Part shown: positions 51,712 through 64,000 of the stretch, one piece after another
Position numbering within the stretch: the stretch's first letter is position 1
Layout of the letters: each line of letters begins with the position of its first letter
NCBI RefSeq assembly: GCF_037042905.1
Contig: NC_087252.1
Span: forward strand, 25,608,001-25,672,000
Direction: 5' to 3'
Origin: Lytechinus pictus
Lineage: Eukaryota
DNA: 64,000 nt
The notes under the pieces: model-generated
The model's database searches: none
What the model was told of the DNA's origin: nothing
The model's input: only the letters and a program-made list of their open reading frames with translations
Translations under genes and position numbers: made by a program

Positions 51712-52052
51712 AAATAATAATAATAAATGATAGCAAGTTTATAAATATCGCTTTTCTCAGAACGGCTTAAAACGATTTACCCCAGGATTCATTTCAATCC
51801 CGCATGAAAAGAGCACGATTTCCACACCCTGGGAAGCATTCCTTGCATTCATCGCAACCTCAAAATTGTGCTGGCCAAATTCAAGCATACAATAACTTTC
51901 GCATCCAACCGGGTACCCATTTAGCACCTGGGTCGAGAGTGACAAGGTGTGCAATATGTCTTGCCAAAGAACGGTATATAGACCGCGGTGGGAATCGAAC
52001 ACACGACTCTCCGTTTACAAGGCAGGAGTCAGAACCACTACACCACGACTCT
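51712..52052 (-). mobile_element. tRNA-derived SINE
   Basis: rc: GTGGTGTAGTGGTT (A box), GTTCGATTCCC (B box), CTCGACCCAGGTGCTAAATGGGTACC, (ATT)n tail. Confidence 0.8.
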
Positions 52053-55000
52053 TTACAAGAAAATATGCCTTCCCTAAAAAAAATCGTACACAAAACATGT
52101 TTCTCATAAACATAGAATATGAGCGCGAAGCGCGAACTTACTTCTTTCAAACATCAAGGACGAAAAAGAAAAGACGAAAAGACCTAAGTATTTTTCTTAA
52201 AAATGAACAGCGTGCACAATCTTCTTATAATTAAACTATTGAAAGTATGAAGCGCGAAATGAACCGTTATTTTTTACAAATTGATCTAGCTGAAACGGTA
52301 AAATTCTCCCCGTCTGCAGGTCTGTCAATTTCTTCCTTTTTCCCCTCTTCTTTGGTTATTCCATTTTTCCTTTTTTTTTACGCAGCCAATAGGGCGCAGC
52401 GATCGCATTCGGCATCCTGGAATTGCCCATTTACATTTTCTTTCTCAGTCTATTTCAATTGGTACAAGAGGAGGCAAAGGCGATTAGACACTGGATTCAC
52501 ATTTTCGTCCAAAAATTAAAACTGGTATTTCTAATCGTACACATTCATAATCTCGGCCAATTATTTTCTGTTCATGATCGCATTTTTTTTCCTACTTGAT
52601 TCTATTTCACCTCATTTCATTCATCTCCTTTGTTTATTCCTATTTCTTTTGAGCTGTTTGTATATCTCTTTAATACTGGGAGGGGTAAGCCAGCAGCAGG
52701 GAGAGGAGGGCCGTTATCAGCACGGCACCCCCTTTCTTTTCCACCATATCATTTTTAAGTTTCCCTTTCCATTTTACTTAATTTTCTTCTGTTTTAACTT
52801 TTTTTAAGGGGGAGCAAGACCACCTCGCCCCTTGATCTGCATGTGCCTGTCGAATGCAATTTGCATCCTAACTTCCTGTTTTCTTCCTCTTTTGTAATGT
52901 ATGTATTAATTTGTGGAAAAATTATAAGAAAGTAATGTTATATAGAGAGCCCCGACTTTGCTATGAACATATGCAGTCTTTTTAAAGTTACCATAGTTGA
53001 AAAAAAAAAAATCAAGATCCGAGATAATTTATTGTTATGTATAAAAATGCACAAAATCTGCTTTCAAAAAGTGAATACTACATTTCACCGACAAACACAC
53101 TTTCCTTTAGCCTACATATTTCAACAGTCAAATAATACGAGCGCGAAGCGCGAGCTGAAAATTTTTTACATTCCGGCCTAAATACTGGGCATTCTAAGCA
53201 CCTTTTAAAAGCATGAACGGGATAGGGGTATGACTATACACTTGATGTGAGCGCGAAGCGCGAGCTGAAACGAAATTCGACATCTCACGTTTTGTAAATC
53301 AGGAAAAGGATGAATAATTGGATAAATGGATAATATTCCTACATTAATAATTTGATAATCTGATCTGATACTGGCACAAGATTCGTATCTAAAAAAAACA
53401 TGCCTGCGCGTGTTTAGATTAAGACCTAGAATCTGGACATTCTAATTACATTCTTTATTATAATATCAATAATAAGAGCGCGATGAGCGAGCTGAAGATA
53501 TTTAATTTTCCGATCCAAAAAAAAGAAAGAATGTAAGCGAATTAGATATGGATCGTGCTTAATAAATGATGCGAGTGCGAAGCTCAAGTTGATATATTTA
53601 TCATTACATATATTTTAAGTTGCGACCGGGACATTTTAAGGACATTTTTTGTCTTCATATGACTATGATGACTATCTTCCTAAGCGAGAGATGAAACTTG
53701 TCGATATTCCATTCAAAAAAAAAAACGGACAATGATTATTAGGAAATCATGAAAATATTATTATCTTACTTATTAGTCTAATAAGCCCAATGAGGGTGCA
53801 AAATTGATATTAAGGTCAGAAAACTGGACATTTTGTAATATTTTGTAATATAATGCATGGGTTAATATATTTGTAACAAAAATAATGCGAGCGCAAATTG
53901 CAAGCCGAAAATTTTGATAAACTGTCATGAAAGAAGAATTTAAAATAATTTGTTACATTTGATACAGGTATACATAACTCCCCAATCAAAATACAAGCGC
54001 GCAGCTTTAGCTGATACTATTCTCAATCAGACCAGCCTAAAAAGGGATATTTTTCAAAAAAAATATGGAATACACGAAGCGAATAGTTATTTGACAAATC
54101 AAATAATGCTATCGCGCAGCGCGAGCGGAAAATGTTCATATGTAGACCATAAAATATAGTTATTTTACAGAAAACTATAAAATCTATTTGTAAATCAAAC
54201 AAATTGAAAACTTAATGTCCGAGAAATGCTTTGTAAATTTACTTCAAAAGTTGAAGTTTTAAGCTCAATATAAGTCTATTGAGCAAGTTATGTATCTCAT
54301 AGATTAGGGAATGCGAGCATTTAACACAGTGACATGAAATTCCCCCCCCCCCTCATCTTATTTAATTCACTCGTCTTTCTCCTCTTGTTTTTCTCTTCAT
54401 TTTCTCTCCTCTTTTCCCTTCTGGTTCTTTTCACTCTCTTTCTATTTTGTTTGCTCGTTCCAAAAAGTGGGGAGGGGGGGGGCATTTGATATCAAATGCG
54501 CCCCCCTTTCCAAAAAGTGAGGGGACGCGTCGCCCCTGTCCCCCTGGGATTTCCACCAACATGACCAATGTATGCAATTTGATTTGAAATAAAAGAAAAT
54601 CCTATATAGTCTTTGTGGTCGAAAAAACCCAAATAACACCCCTAAATTCATTTAAAAAAATATATATGAACGATAATTTTCATGGAGTATTCGCAAGTTG
54701 TCCGATTGTCCTATTCCTTTAATTTACCACTCGTGACGTTGTCCTAAATGTATCCGGTTCTGTCCTAATACGATATGCATGCTGTCCGCACCGAACACCG
54801 ACAAATTTATTAAGATAATCTTGTCCTAGGACAGTCCCAAGATTGTCCTACGACAATACGCAGACAGTCCTGGTTGTGTCCTAGGACAAGATCATTTGCA
54901 TAATCTTTAACGGAATTTGGTTGCGGACAGCATGCCGAAGTGACAAAAGTAGCTTCCGCAACCCTTCCTGGTCTTGTCCGCGCCCTAGTGGAAAACCGCC

Positions 55001-56589
55001 TAAAAGGGGTACAATGCGAGAGGTTTCCGTATATATGGCGTTATGTAGAGATCCGGCCGGGCGTGTTCCGTTTTCCTAAAATATATGGGGGTGGAGTGTT
55101 GAGGGGTAGTGTGAACAGATGACTATAAACTAACAGGGGGTTTCTATTGGAATTGGATAATCTCTATGGGTAGGCTTATACTGTAGAAGTCAATTGGATT
55201 CCATAGATCACACAGATTGGAGACGATGAATACATTTGGTGTATGACAACGGTCATATTTTAATTATACATCATCATTCAGCATTTGTACAGGTTATCAC
55301 AATCAACACCGTCACCAATTATCCAGAATTGTATTTGCAGTAGTAAAAATTAAGCGAGTAATGTTTATTTCCAAACCTTTTCTTGATTCAGCCCAGAGGA
55401 GAGGAGCGCGGAGAGTTCGTCTTGGAATTCCGACCACAGCCGCCGTCGAAGTGACGAGGTCACTGTGAAACTCCGCTATTTATAGTCTCCGAGAGCTGCC
55501 TTACGCAGTGCGTTGCGTAAGTCGATCATTGAGTTCTAACGCACCAAAAGCTATAACGCCATCTATATTTACTGCATTATAACCAAAACCGTAGCGGACA
55601 TGTTCGCTACAGTATTATTATTATTATATATCTTTTTTATGATTTCTTATTTTAAAATAACTGGGTCTTGAAGAAAGTCTACGCTATATTTTCAAGTTAT
55701 TCAACATCAATGAGATTGTGGGGTCTTTGTTAATATTGTTCTTTATTATTTTCTTTTTTGAAATAACCGGGGCTGGAACAAAGATTACATGTACATCATA
55801 TTTTGATGCTATTCAATGTTGAAAAGATTGCGGGGTCTGTTTTTGGTTGTTGTTATTGTTTTGTTTTTGAATGATTTTTTTCATAGCTGGGTCTGGAAGA
55901 AAGACTATGCTATATTTACATTTTGTTCAACATTAATAAAATCGTGGGGTATTTGTTTTTTATTATCATTATTTAATATTTGTTATTTGCTATTTGAAAT
56001 ATTTGGGTCTGGAGGAAAGACTACGCTAAACTTCTATGTTATTCAACATTAAGAAGAATAAATTTTGGGATCTTTATTTGGAAGATTGTTTAAATCTTTT
56101 ATGTAACCGGTTCTGGAGAAAAAAGATTGTGAATTTGTCATATATGCATTACTATAGGGTTTTAGTTTAGAACAGATTCGCCAAAAATCCCTTCAAATTT
56201 ATAACAGTTGTGGGTAAAGTCATTATTACATTTGTGGGTAAAGTGCATTAATCCATTTGTGGGTAAAGGGTTTTAGTTTTTTGTTTTAAGTAACCGGGTC
56301 TGGAGAAAAGACTGCGCTTGATTCTCAATTTACTCTTAGCGCATGTATTCTCAATACGCGTTGTATAAGTTAAAACAACAACAAAGACATTAATTCCACC
56401 AGTTTTTAATTAACTGGGTCTGGAGAAAAGACTAAGCTCATTCTCATTTTATTCTCACATTTATCTGGCGCAAATATTCACTACTGAATGACACGCGCCG
56501 TATAAGCTAAAACAACAACAACAACAACAACATTTATTCCACTGGAATATCATTATCCTGTGTTAGTTTTGTTGTTGTTGTTGTTGTTA

Positions 56590-57089
56590 TCTTAAAAAGA
56601 ACTTTAAAAGAACTCCACTGGCTTCCTGTTTCGAGAAGAATTGAATACAAGATCCTGACATAAGTGTTCAAAACTCTTCACGATGCAGCACCTACTTACA
56701 TCAAGGATCTTATTGTCGTGAAGCAGTGCCACTATTCTTTACGATCTTCCACATCTACCACCCTTGTGATTCCGCGTAGCAGGACCAAGCATTATGGAGA
56801 TCGGGCTTTTAGCTATGTGGCCCCAGTTATGTGGAATAGACTGCCAAGTACTGTCAGGAATATGAACTCTCTTAAGGCATTCCAATCAAGTGTCAAATAT
56901 TACCTATTCTTACAATCATATTAGTGAAGGCTATGTCTTTTTATTGATAAGAATGTTATGTTTGATGATTTTAATTTGTGATTATTTCCAATGTTTTTTG
57001 TTTATTTAATATGTAGCGTCTTGAGTAATGATCCATTAGAAAGTGCGCATTAGAAATACTTATTATTATTATTATTATTATTATTATTA
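56590..57089 (+). pseudogene. L2 LINE 3' end
   Basis: LKELHWLPVSRRIEYKIL..APTYIKDL..YSLRSS..YGDRAFSYVAPVMWNRLP..FQSSVKYYLF; (TTA)n tail. Confidence 0.9.
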
Positions 57090-58018
57090 GTTTGGACTTA
57101 TTATAATTTTTTAAATAACCGGGTCTGGAAAAAAGACTTTGGACTTATATTATAATTTTTTTAAACCACTGGGTCTGAAAAAAGACTTTGGACTTGTATT
57201 ACAATTTTTTTAATGAACCGGGTCTGGAAAAAAGGCTGCACTTTTTTGCTATATGAACGCATTGCTATAGGGTTTTAGTTTTTAGTTACCGGGTCTGGAG
57301 AAAAGACTATGCTTGATTCTCAATTTACTCTTAGCGCATATACTCACATTACACGCCGTATAAGTTAAAACAACAACAAAGACATTAATTCCACCAGTTT
57401 TAGTTAACTAGGTCTGGAGAAAAGACTAAGCTCGATTCTCATTTTTATTCCACTGGAATATCATTATCATATCTTAGTTTGGACTTATAATATAATTTTT
57501 TAGGGAGCCGGGTCTGAAAAAAGACTTTGGACTTATACTATAATTTTTGAACCAATTGGGTCTAGAAAAAAGACTTTGGACTTATATTATAATTTTTTAA
57601 TTAACCAAGTCTGGAAAAAAAAGACTTTTCACTTTTGTGCTATATGAACGTATTACTATAGGATTTTTGTTTAGAACGGATTCACCAGACTTTGCACTTT
57701 TGTGCTATATGAACGTATAGGATTTTAGTTTAGAACGGATTCGCCATAAATCCCCTTCAAATTTATTACATTTGTGGGTAAAGTAATTATTACATTTGTG
57801 GGCGATCAAAGATTATTATTACATTTGTGGGTAAAGTGCATTTTTATATTTGTGGGTGCCGGTGTACCGGCGGATCCTGCGCCTGGCAGATACTGTTCTA
57901 GGCACCAAATCCGCCGGCGGATCGTGTTCTACTCCGGCGGAATCAGTACCAAAAAAGGCCACTCTCTTCGGAAGATATCGTTCTTGCGCTATCGCGATAT
58001 CCTTCACTCACATACGTG

Positions 58019-58195
58019 GAGGTGCCGTGGCCGAGTGGTCTAGGCGGCCTGAAAATACATGTACATAGAAAGTCCGGGGTTCGATCCGCGGCACCTATGC
58101 CCGTGAGCCTGGAGGCATTTAATCTGCAACGCTCTTTTATCTTGCTTTCAAATAAATGGAAATGCTATATGCATTAGTGGTAACTATAATTATAG
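58019..58195 (+). mobile_element. tRNA-derived SINE (degenerate)
   Basis: A box TGGCCGAGTGG and B box GGTTCGATCC; no complete cloverleaf. Confidence 0.65.
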
Positions 58196-59110
58196 GTATG
58201 CACTGTTAAAAAAAAAATACGTCTTGTAATCAAATGCATTTTTAATTTATTTTATACCTATTAAATCTTTCTTATCACAATTTTAGGGATAAATTGGATA
58301 CAATATGCATCAATTATGATTGATACAGAGTATTAAATAAAGGCAAACAATGGCAGGATTTTGTAATAAGTTTTCTAAAGGGAAGTATATATAATGATCA
58401 TGAAATTCTTGATTTGCGAAATTCCTATGTATTATTATTATTTCCTCCACATTTTCTCGTATATTTTTTTTCTCCCTTCCCTCCTCTTTCTATTTCTCCC
58501 TTTTTGGTGCTATATCACCCACGCGTATACGCCCCAGATATATTCATAATGTGCCAGAAATGTTAGGAAACTGGAGAAGAGGCAAAAGGGGCGAAATGAG
58601 CAGGGACAGAAAGAAAGGCAAAAAATAAAGAGATGAAAAACCAGAAGGGGGTATAGTAAGAGAAACAATATATATAAAGGAAAAATCATATTTCACTAAA
58701 GATCCCATATTGATATTAAAATTAGATGACTGAAAGGTAAATTAGGGAGCACCAAACGATACGTGGCGTATCTAACTTTTGTCAGGGTGAACTTCCGGTC
58801 CCCAAGTTCAGATTCCTTAACAAAAATATTGAAGAAAAAAAGAATAATAATTAAAAAAAATACATGATAAATTAAAAATAGGCCTACAATAAACTACATA
58901 AGAAATAAATCATGTTTTGACATTTTTTTTTTTTGTTAGAAATGTCAAATTTATGTTTTCTCCCAAAATTAGCATTCTGCAAGCAATAATATGAGTTAAT
59001 AGCAAATATATTTTCATACACTTATTTGCATCATTTATTTGGAAATATGAAGTTTTAATTTGTTGAAATTTTTCTAAACATTAGTAGTTTCAAAAACCTA
59101 TATGCCTATA

Positions 59111-60702
59111 CAGTGCGTATCGAAAAAACGGGACAGATTTGAAAAGTCTAAAATTTTTGTTTCAAATTATGACATCTATATTTTGGTGTTAATAGGTGCT
59201 CTGAGGTCTTATCTTTCAAATGCCATTGACAAAATTAGTTTTGTTCATGCTTGAGCGAACACCAGTGGCGTACCTAGGATTTTCCACAGGGGGGGGGGGG
59301 CAAAATCGGCCGCCCAAAAATTTAACAAGCCAAAAAAAAAAAAAAAAAAAAGGTCTTCAAGCTCGTCAGGGGGGCGATAAAGGTCTTTAAGCTCGTCAGG
59401 GGGGGCAAAAAAGGTCTTTCAAGCTCGTCAGGGGGGGGGGGGGGGGCAGTGATATGTCTTTTGTATGGGTTGTGGCTCGTCAGGGGGGGCAGACTGCCCC
59501 CCCCCCCGTAGGTACGCTAGTGGCGAACACGGAATGTTTTTGTTTGGGGTTAAAAAGGAATCTTGCGCCAAAAGGGCATAACATGATAAATATGATGATC
59601 GGACTTCTTGCTATTCAGCAGACTTCCTTTTAACCTTTTAATTATCTTTGACATAATTTTCGAATTATGCTGTTAAAATTTATTTTCAAATCTGTTTATT
59701 TGCCTGAATTGTTCTGTTGTTTCTTTTTAATATGTTCTCTTTTAGCTTTCAATATTCATTCTTTAAGCAAAAACAAAATTTTTAAACCGAAGTATGGGAA
59801 AGCGTGTATTTACAAAGGTTATTGTGCTTTTGAACAGTGGCATACAGATGGGTGGGGGCTCGGGGTGTTACCCCGCCCCCCCCCCCCCCAATAAAAAAGT
59901 GGAAAGGGAATACAAGGAAAGATAGAAAGTGAAATATGATTTATTTTCTAATTATTTTGTCAAAATCTATCAAAGAATTGGATATTAAAAAAAAGTGGAC
60001 ATTTTTGCTTGCTCGCTTCGCTCGCTCACAACTATTTAAATACATTTTATCCGATCTGCCATATCTAACTCCTTCAAAATTCACTCAATACATTGCCATT
60101 GAAAGACATGAATCCTTTCCTGTTTGCCCTGTCAAGCACTTAATTAAACTTGGTCAAGGAATCAATGACCCCTTGAAAATAGGATTCATGTTTTTCTAAG
60201 GTACCATAACGTATTTTTTTTTCACCTAATAAAATACGATTTGAATAACTATAAGTTCTCCCAATTAACACGATTGACAATGGAAATCTTCTTCCATGGG
60301 TTGACAAAAGTCTTCTTTTCTCACTTATGAAGGAAAATTCAAAGGTTAAAGAAGTTTTAATGAAAAAACAAAATAATTCAAGTAAATAAATACATTTGTA
60401 AATAAAATTTGACAGCATAATTCGAAAATCATGGCGAAGATAATGAAAAGGTTAAAAGGAAGCCTGCTGATTGGCAAGAAATCTGATCATCAAATTTCTA
60501 ATTTCTGCCATTTTGGCGCAAGCTTCTTTTTGAACCCCCGACAAAAACGTCCCGTGTTCGCTAAGCATGAACAATTTTTTTTTTAATGGCATTTCAAAGA
60601 TAAGATTTCAGAGCATCTATTAACATCAAAATATAGATATCATAATTTGAAACAATTTTTTATAGACTTTTCAAAACTGTTCCGTTTTTTTTATACGCAC
60701 TG
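59111..60702. mobile_element. Tc1/mariner-like non-autonomous element with long TIRs
   Basis: TA|CAGTGCGTAT...ATACGCACTG|TA; inverted arms. Confidence 0.85.
59263..59522. mobile_element. hAT-like MITE
   Basis: Perfect 8-bp TSD GCGAACAC on both sides; TIR CAGTGGCGTACCTA / TAGGTACGCTAGTG. Confidence 0.9.
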
Positions 60703-61756
60703 TATGGGGGTGCACATTTTCGGCAAACAGTCTGGCAAACTGACACTAACATTGATGTGAAAAAGCACAGTTAACGAGATCGATGCATACTGCGGACTGA
60801 AAATAGTATAAAAATTCAAACAAACCAAAAAAAAATCTGATAATAATAAATAGCAAAGTTCTGGCGTATGTGCCAGGTCTATGTAATACATGAAATATCG
60901 ATACATTATTTCTCCTATTAATCCTCACCCCCATCGAGCCCTATGTCGAACGTTGTATGGATCCGCCCCTGAATAAAAATTCACTAAAGGCGGACGAAAA
61001 TCACCCCCCCCCCCCCATTGCGATCGACATTGCCAGAGCCGCGCATGCGCGTGCTGCCGAGGTTGTCTGAATTAAGGCCCGTTTACACCGCATCCGGCAC
61101 GGCATTCCGGCACGGCATTCCGGCACGGCATACGGCACGTCGTGCCGTTTTCCAGTTTCCACTGCCCCACGGCATGGCAAAAAAGCCGTGCTCGGATCCC
61201 GTCCGGCAGGCTAAAACCGTCCGATGTATCCAGAATAGGAGCCTGCTTCATGCAGGCGTGGCAAGAAGTAATTTTTAAGGGTTTTCGTGTATCTATGTAT
61301 AAATTAATCTTGTCTTGAATTCCACCAAGTAGCCTCAATTAATCTGACGGACTGCTCATTGGACAGACACAATATTCTTTCTGTTATTTACTCGTCTATA
61401 CGGGAATGGATTGTTCTGTTTAAATGTTTAATTTTGTCATGATTGATCTTTTTATTTTACACTTTGCTTTCCATACTTCACTTCCCATTTCTATGCCATT
61501 GTCACCTCTTTATCTCATCCCTCAGTTTATACATTATATTCTATTGCCATTCCAACTCCAAATGTTTCTATTGTCTTCTCATTTATATTCAGAACATTCT
61601 TCTTCATTCACTATCCTACCTCGTGCTCATTGGTTCACCTTTCACCCTTAGTTCTTCCACTTTTTTGGATTCCTCTTTTCTCTCTGTTTCTATTAGTTCA
61701 ATTGATTATACGAAATTATTTCTGAACATATCTGAATACGAATATTATTTGCTTAA

Positions 61757-62337
61757 AGGTCAAATCCACCCAAGAAAACTGTTGAATTGAATAGAAAAAA
61801 AAATCAAACTGGCATAATACTGAAAAATTTCATGCAGAATCGGATGTAAAATAAGAAAGTTATGACATTTTAAAGTTTCGCTTATTTTCACAAAAGAGTG
61901 ATATGCACACCTCAATGACATGCAACTGAGACAGTTGATGATGTCCCTCACTATTAAGTTCTTTCGTTTTTTGTTGTTTGAAAAATACATTTCATTTATT
62001 TGACAATAAGAACCAACTTGACTGCACTAATTCTACATGTTCAGGGAGGAGTTGATAATTGCTGTTTCTCTTGACAATGAGAATAAAATTACATTTCATA
62101 TTTCATATAAAAAATACAAAAGAAATATTGAGCGGATGACGCCATCAGTCTCCTCATTTTCATACCGATCAGGATGTGTATATAACTATAACTGTTTTGT
62201 GAACATTAAGCGAAACTTTAAAATGTCATAACTTTCTTATTTACATCCGATTCTGCATGAAATTTTTCAGTATTATGCTTGATGAATATTTCTCTTTTTA
62301 TTGAAATTAACTTTTTTTGTTGGGGTGACCTTGTTCT
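61757..62337. mobile_element. Kolobok-like MITE
   Basis: TTAA|AGGTCAAATCCACCC...GGGGTGACCTTGTTCT|TTAA. Confidence 0.75.
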
Positions 62338-63608
62338 TTAAAATCAATGCCAAGTGAGGTCTGGCCCAATGAATCAGATCTACACTGGACTTCATTTTTT
62401 CGACATCTTTATTTTGAGTTTACTTCAGCTCCAATTCTCCTAGCTGTTTAATATTCTTTGAGTTTGCTTGTTAATGACTGATTGCTGCGAGGTCTATCTG
62501 TGAACAATCAGCACTCTACATTATTTGTTGTTGAAGAAAAAATGATGCTCATGAATTTAATACAGAAAAAAATAATACGAGATATATAAAAAATGCATGG
62601 AGCTTCAAAAATTTTCTTGAAGATAAATGTATTCTTTTTATTTCACCATCAACCTTCTTTTGTCAGTATTCTTCATATCCAGTGGCCCATTTCAAAAGTA
62701 CTTCAACATTATGGCAACTACCATGGAAACCACAATTATAATTGGATGTTGCGCCATATTACCATGGTAGTTGCCATATTAAAGACAAAGTTATGATAGT
62801 TGTACCTCTCTATGAATCAGGCCCCAGGAGTGTCATTGCCATTCTGTTTAGAGATAACATTTAGTTGGTAACATTTTGTCATATTTCAAACAACCCTAGA
62901 TCTATGTTTCCAAAATAAAACATTAGTCCAAAAATTACCCGTACCACGTTCCGTCCAGTACCCATCATTTTTATTTTCACAGTAACTGGTTTCATGTCTT
63001 GATATTTGCTATCGTAATTTCTGCAAATTGAGACTTGCAACTGTAACAATGGGAGATGTTTAAGTGAAAACTTCAAGTGGAAATTAGAATAGCACATTTT
63101 ATGGTGTAGTTGTTTATAATACGATATCAGTCATTAAAGTTATAGATTACTTGCAAATGATTTATTTCATATGGATTTATCATAAGTCATTCAGATGTAA
63201 TCATATATACACCGCTTTCCATTTTTGGTGATGCTGCATGTCTGACATTGCATCTTTTATGTTGAGACTGTTAACAGATTGTTAGCTCTGGCAAACTACA
63301 AACCACTGTCCCTTTGTTAGCTAACAATCGGATGAATATTGAGTGATGTCAGAGGGAATAAGATATCAGCTCTCTTTTTAGCGATGGATTCTTAAATTGT
63401 AACATGTGAGTGGTTTATCACATCAATAGCAATCGACTTGGATTTAGATGATAGGAAACCTTTAATTCCTATCGTAGTATGTTCAATGTTCAGAAGACCG
63501 AAATTTAACCTCATAGCAATGGAGCTGGCATAGAGGTAACTTTTACAGTGTTGGACAATGGGGGACAAGCTGGAGAAAAATGGATCCACAGTTATGTTGT
63601 CACCATGA

Positions 63609-63832
63609 CTATCGGTGCTTTGAAAATACTGCAACATTGTCTCCTCGATTTGAAGTGAAGTTGGGACTTGAAGATTGGACTGATTTTGCGGACGTGCCTG
63701 AGGATGATGACGAGGAAGCCAGACCCACGATTTGGACAGATGTCACCATTCTCCTGCTCAGTTTCTTTCTGTTTGGTACAGGCTTCTCCTGGTGTGTCCA
63801 CATCAAACACAGGATCCAAGGTTGAACTTGTT
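63609..63832 (-). CDS. Possible terminal exon of a host gene continuing beyond the window
   Basis: Acceptor tttttctgtcaacag at 63833; GC-richer segment; Ser-rich frame EQVQPW...SSSSSSGTSAKS...KHR*. Frame uncertain. Confidence 0.3.
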
Positions 63833-64000
63833 CTGTTGACAGAAAAATCATATGTTCAAATTTATTTCATATGTTTTATTCATAATACTGAATACTAAAA
63901 AATAGACTCTCATGTACCAAGTCGATACAGTCTGTCTGTTCTTTAATATTCATTAATATTCTTAATATTTAATTTTATTTTATTATATTATTTTGTTAAG

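Larger units (their letters stand above)
46541..55001. mobile_element. 8.5-kb foldback element with >2-kb inverted arms (Harbinger-like termini)
   Basis: AGGCGGTTCTCCACTAGGGCGC / GCGCCCTAGTGGAAAACCGCCT; 46541-~48730 is inverted at ~52300-55001; TAAA on both flanks of GGCGG..CCGCC. Confidence 0.8.
42486..57858. mobile_element. Composite foldback region with CCCACAAATGTAATAA terminal arrays and TTCCAGACCCGG tandem arrays
   Basis: Starts TGTTACACCCACAAATGTAATAA; inverted TTACATTTGTGGG arrays at ~45650-45720, ~56200-56265 and ~57765-57858; ~45-50-bp AAAGTCTTTTTTCCAGACCCGG units at 42760-43620, inverted at 44930-45600 and 57090-57620. Confidence 0.7.

Overview
AT-rich eukaryotic (animal, probably marine invertebrate/echinoderm-like; inferred) DNA made almost entirely of nested transposable elements. 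The main structure is a large (>27.5 kb, left end outside the window) CMC/CACTA(EnSpm)-type DNA transposon at ~1-27502. It carries two intact, spliced, head-to-head genes. One is a 2-exon, ~904-aa TnpD-like DDE transposase (minus strand, 10113-9898 + 6666-4168). The other is a 7-exon, 335-aa protein (plus strand, 10547-21314) with a BEND5-like N-terminus, a coiled coil and a C-terminal BEN DNA-binding domain. Arrays of a shared ~9-12-bp motif (CTGT[G/A][A/G]TAC) lie at both ends, and the right terminus (...TTTTTTGTAAGGG) interrupts a Kolobok-type MITE. The rest of the window holds decayed L2/CR1-type LINEs, a deleted PIF/Harbinger-group element with ATT target duplication, several large foldback elements, Helentron/DINE-like elements, tRNA-derived SINEs and many MITEs. 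All calls come from manual reading and translation; no database searches were run.
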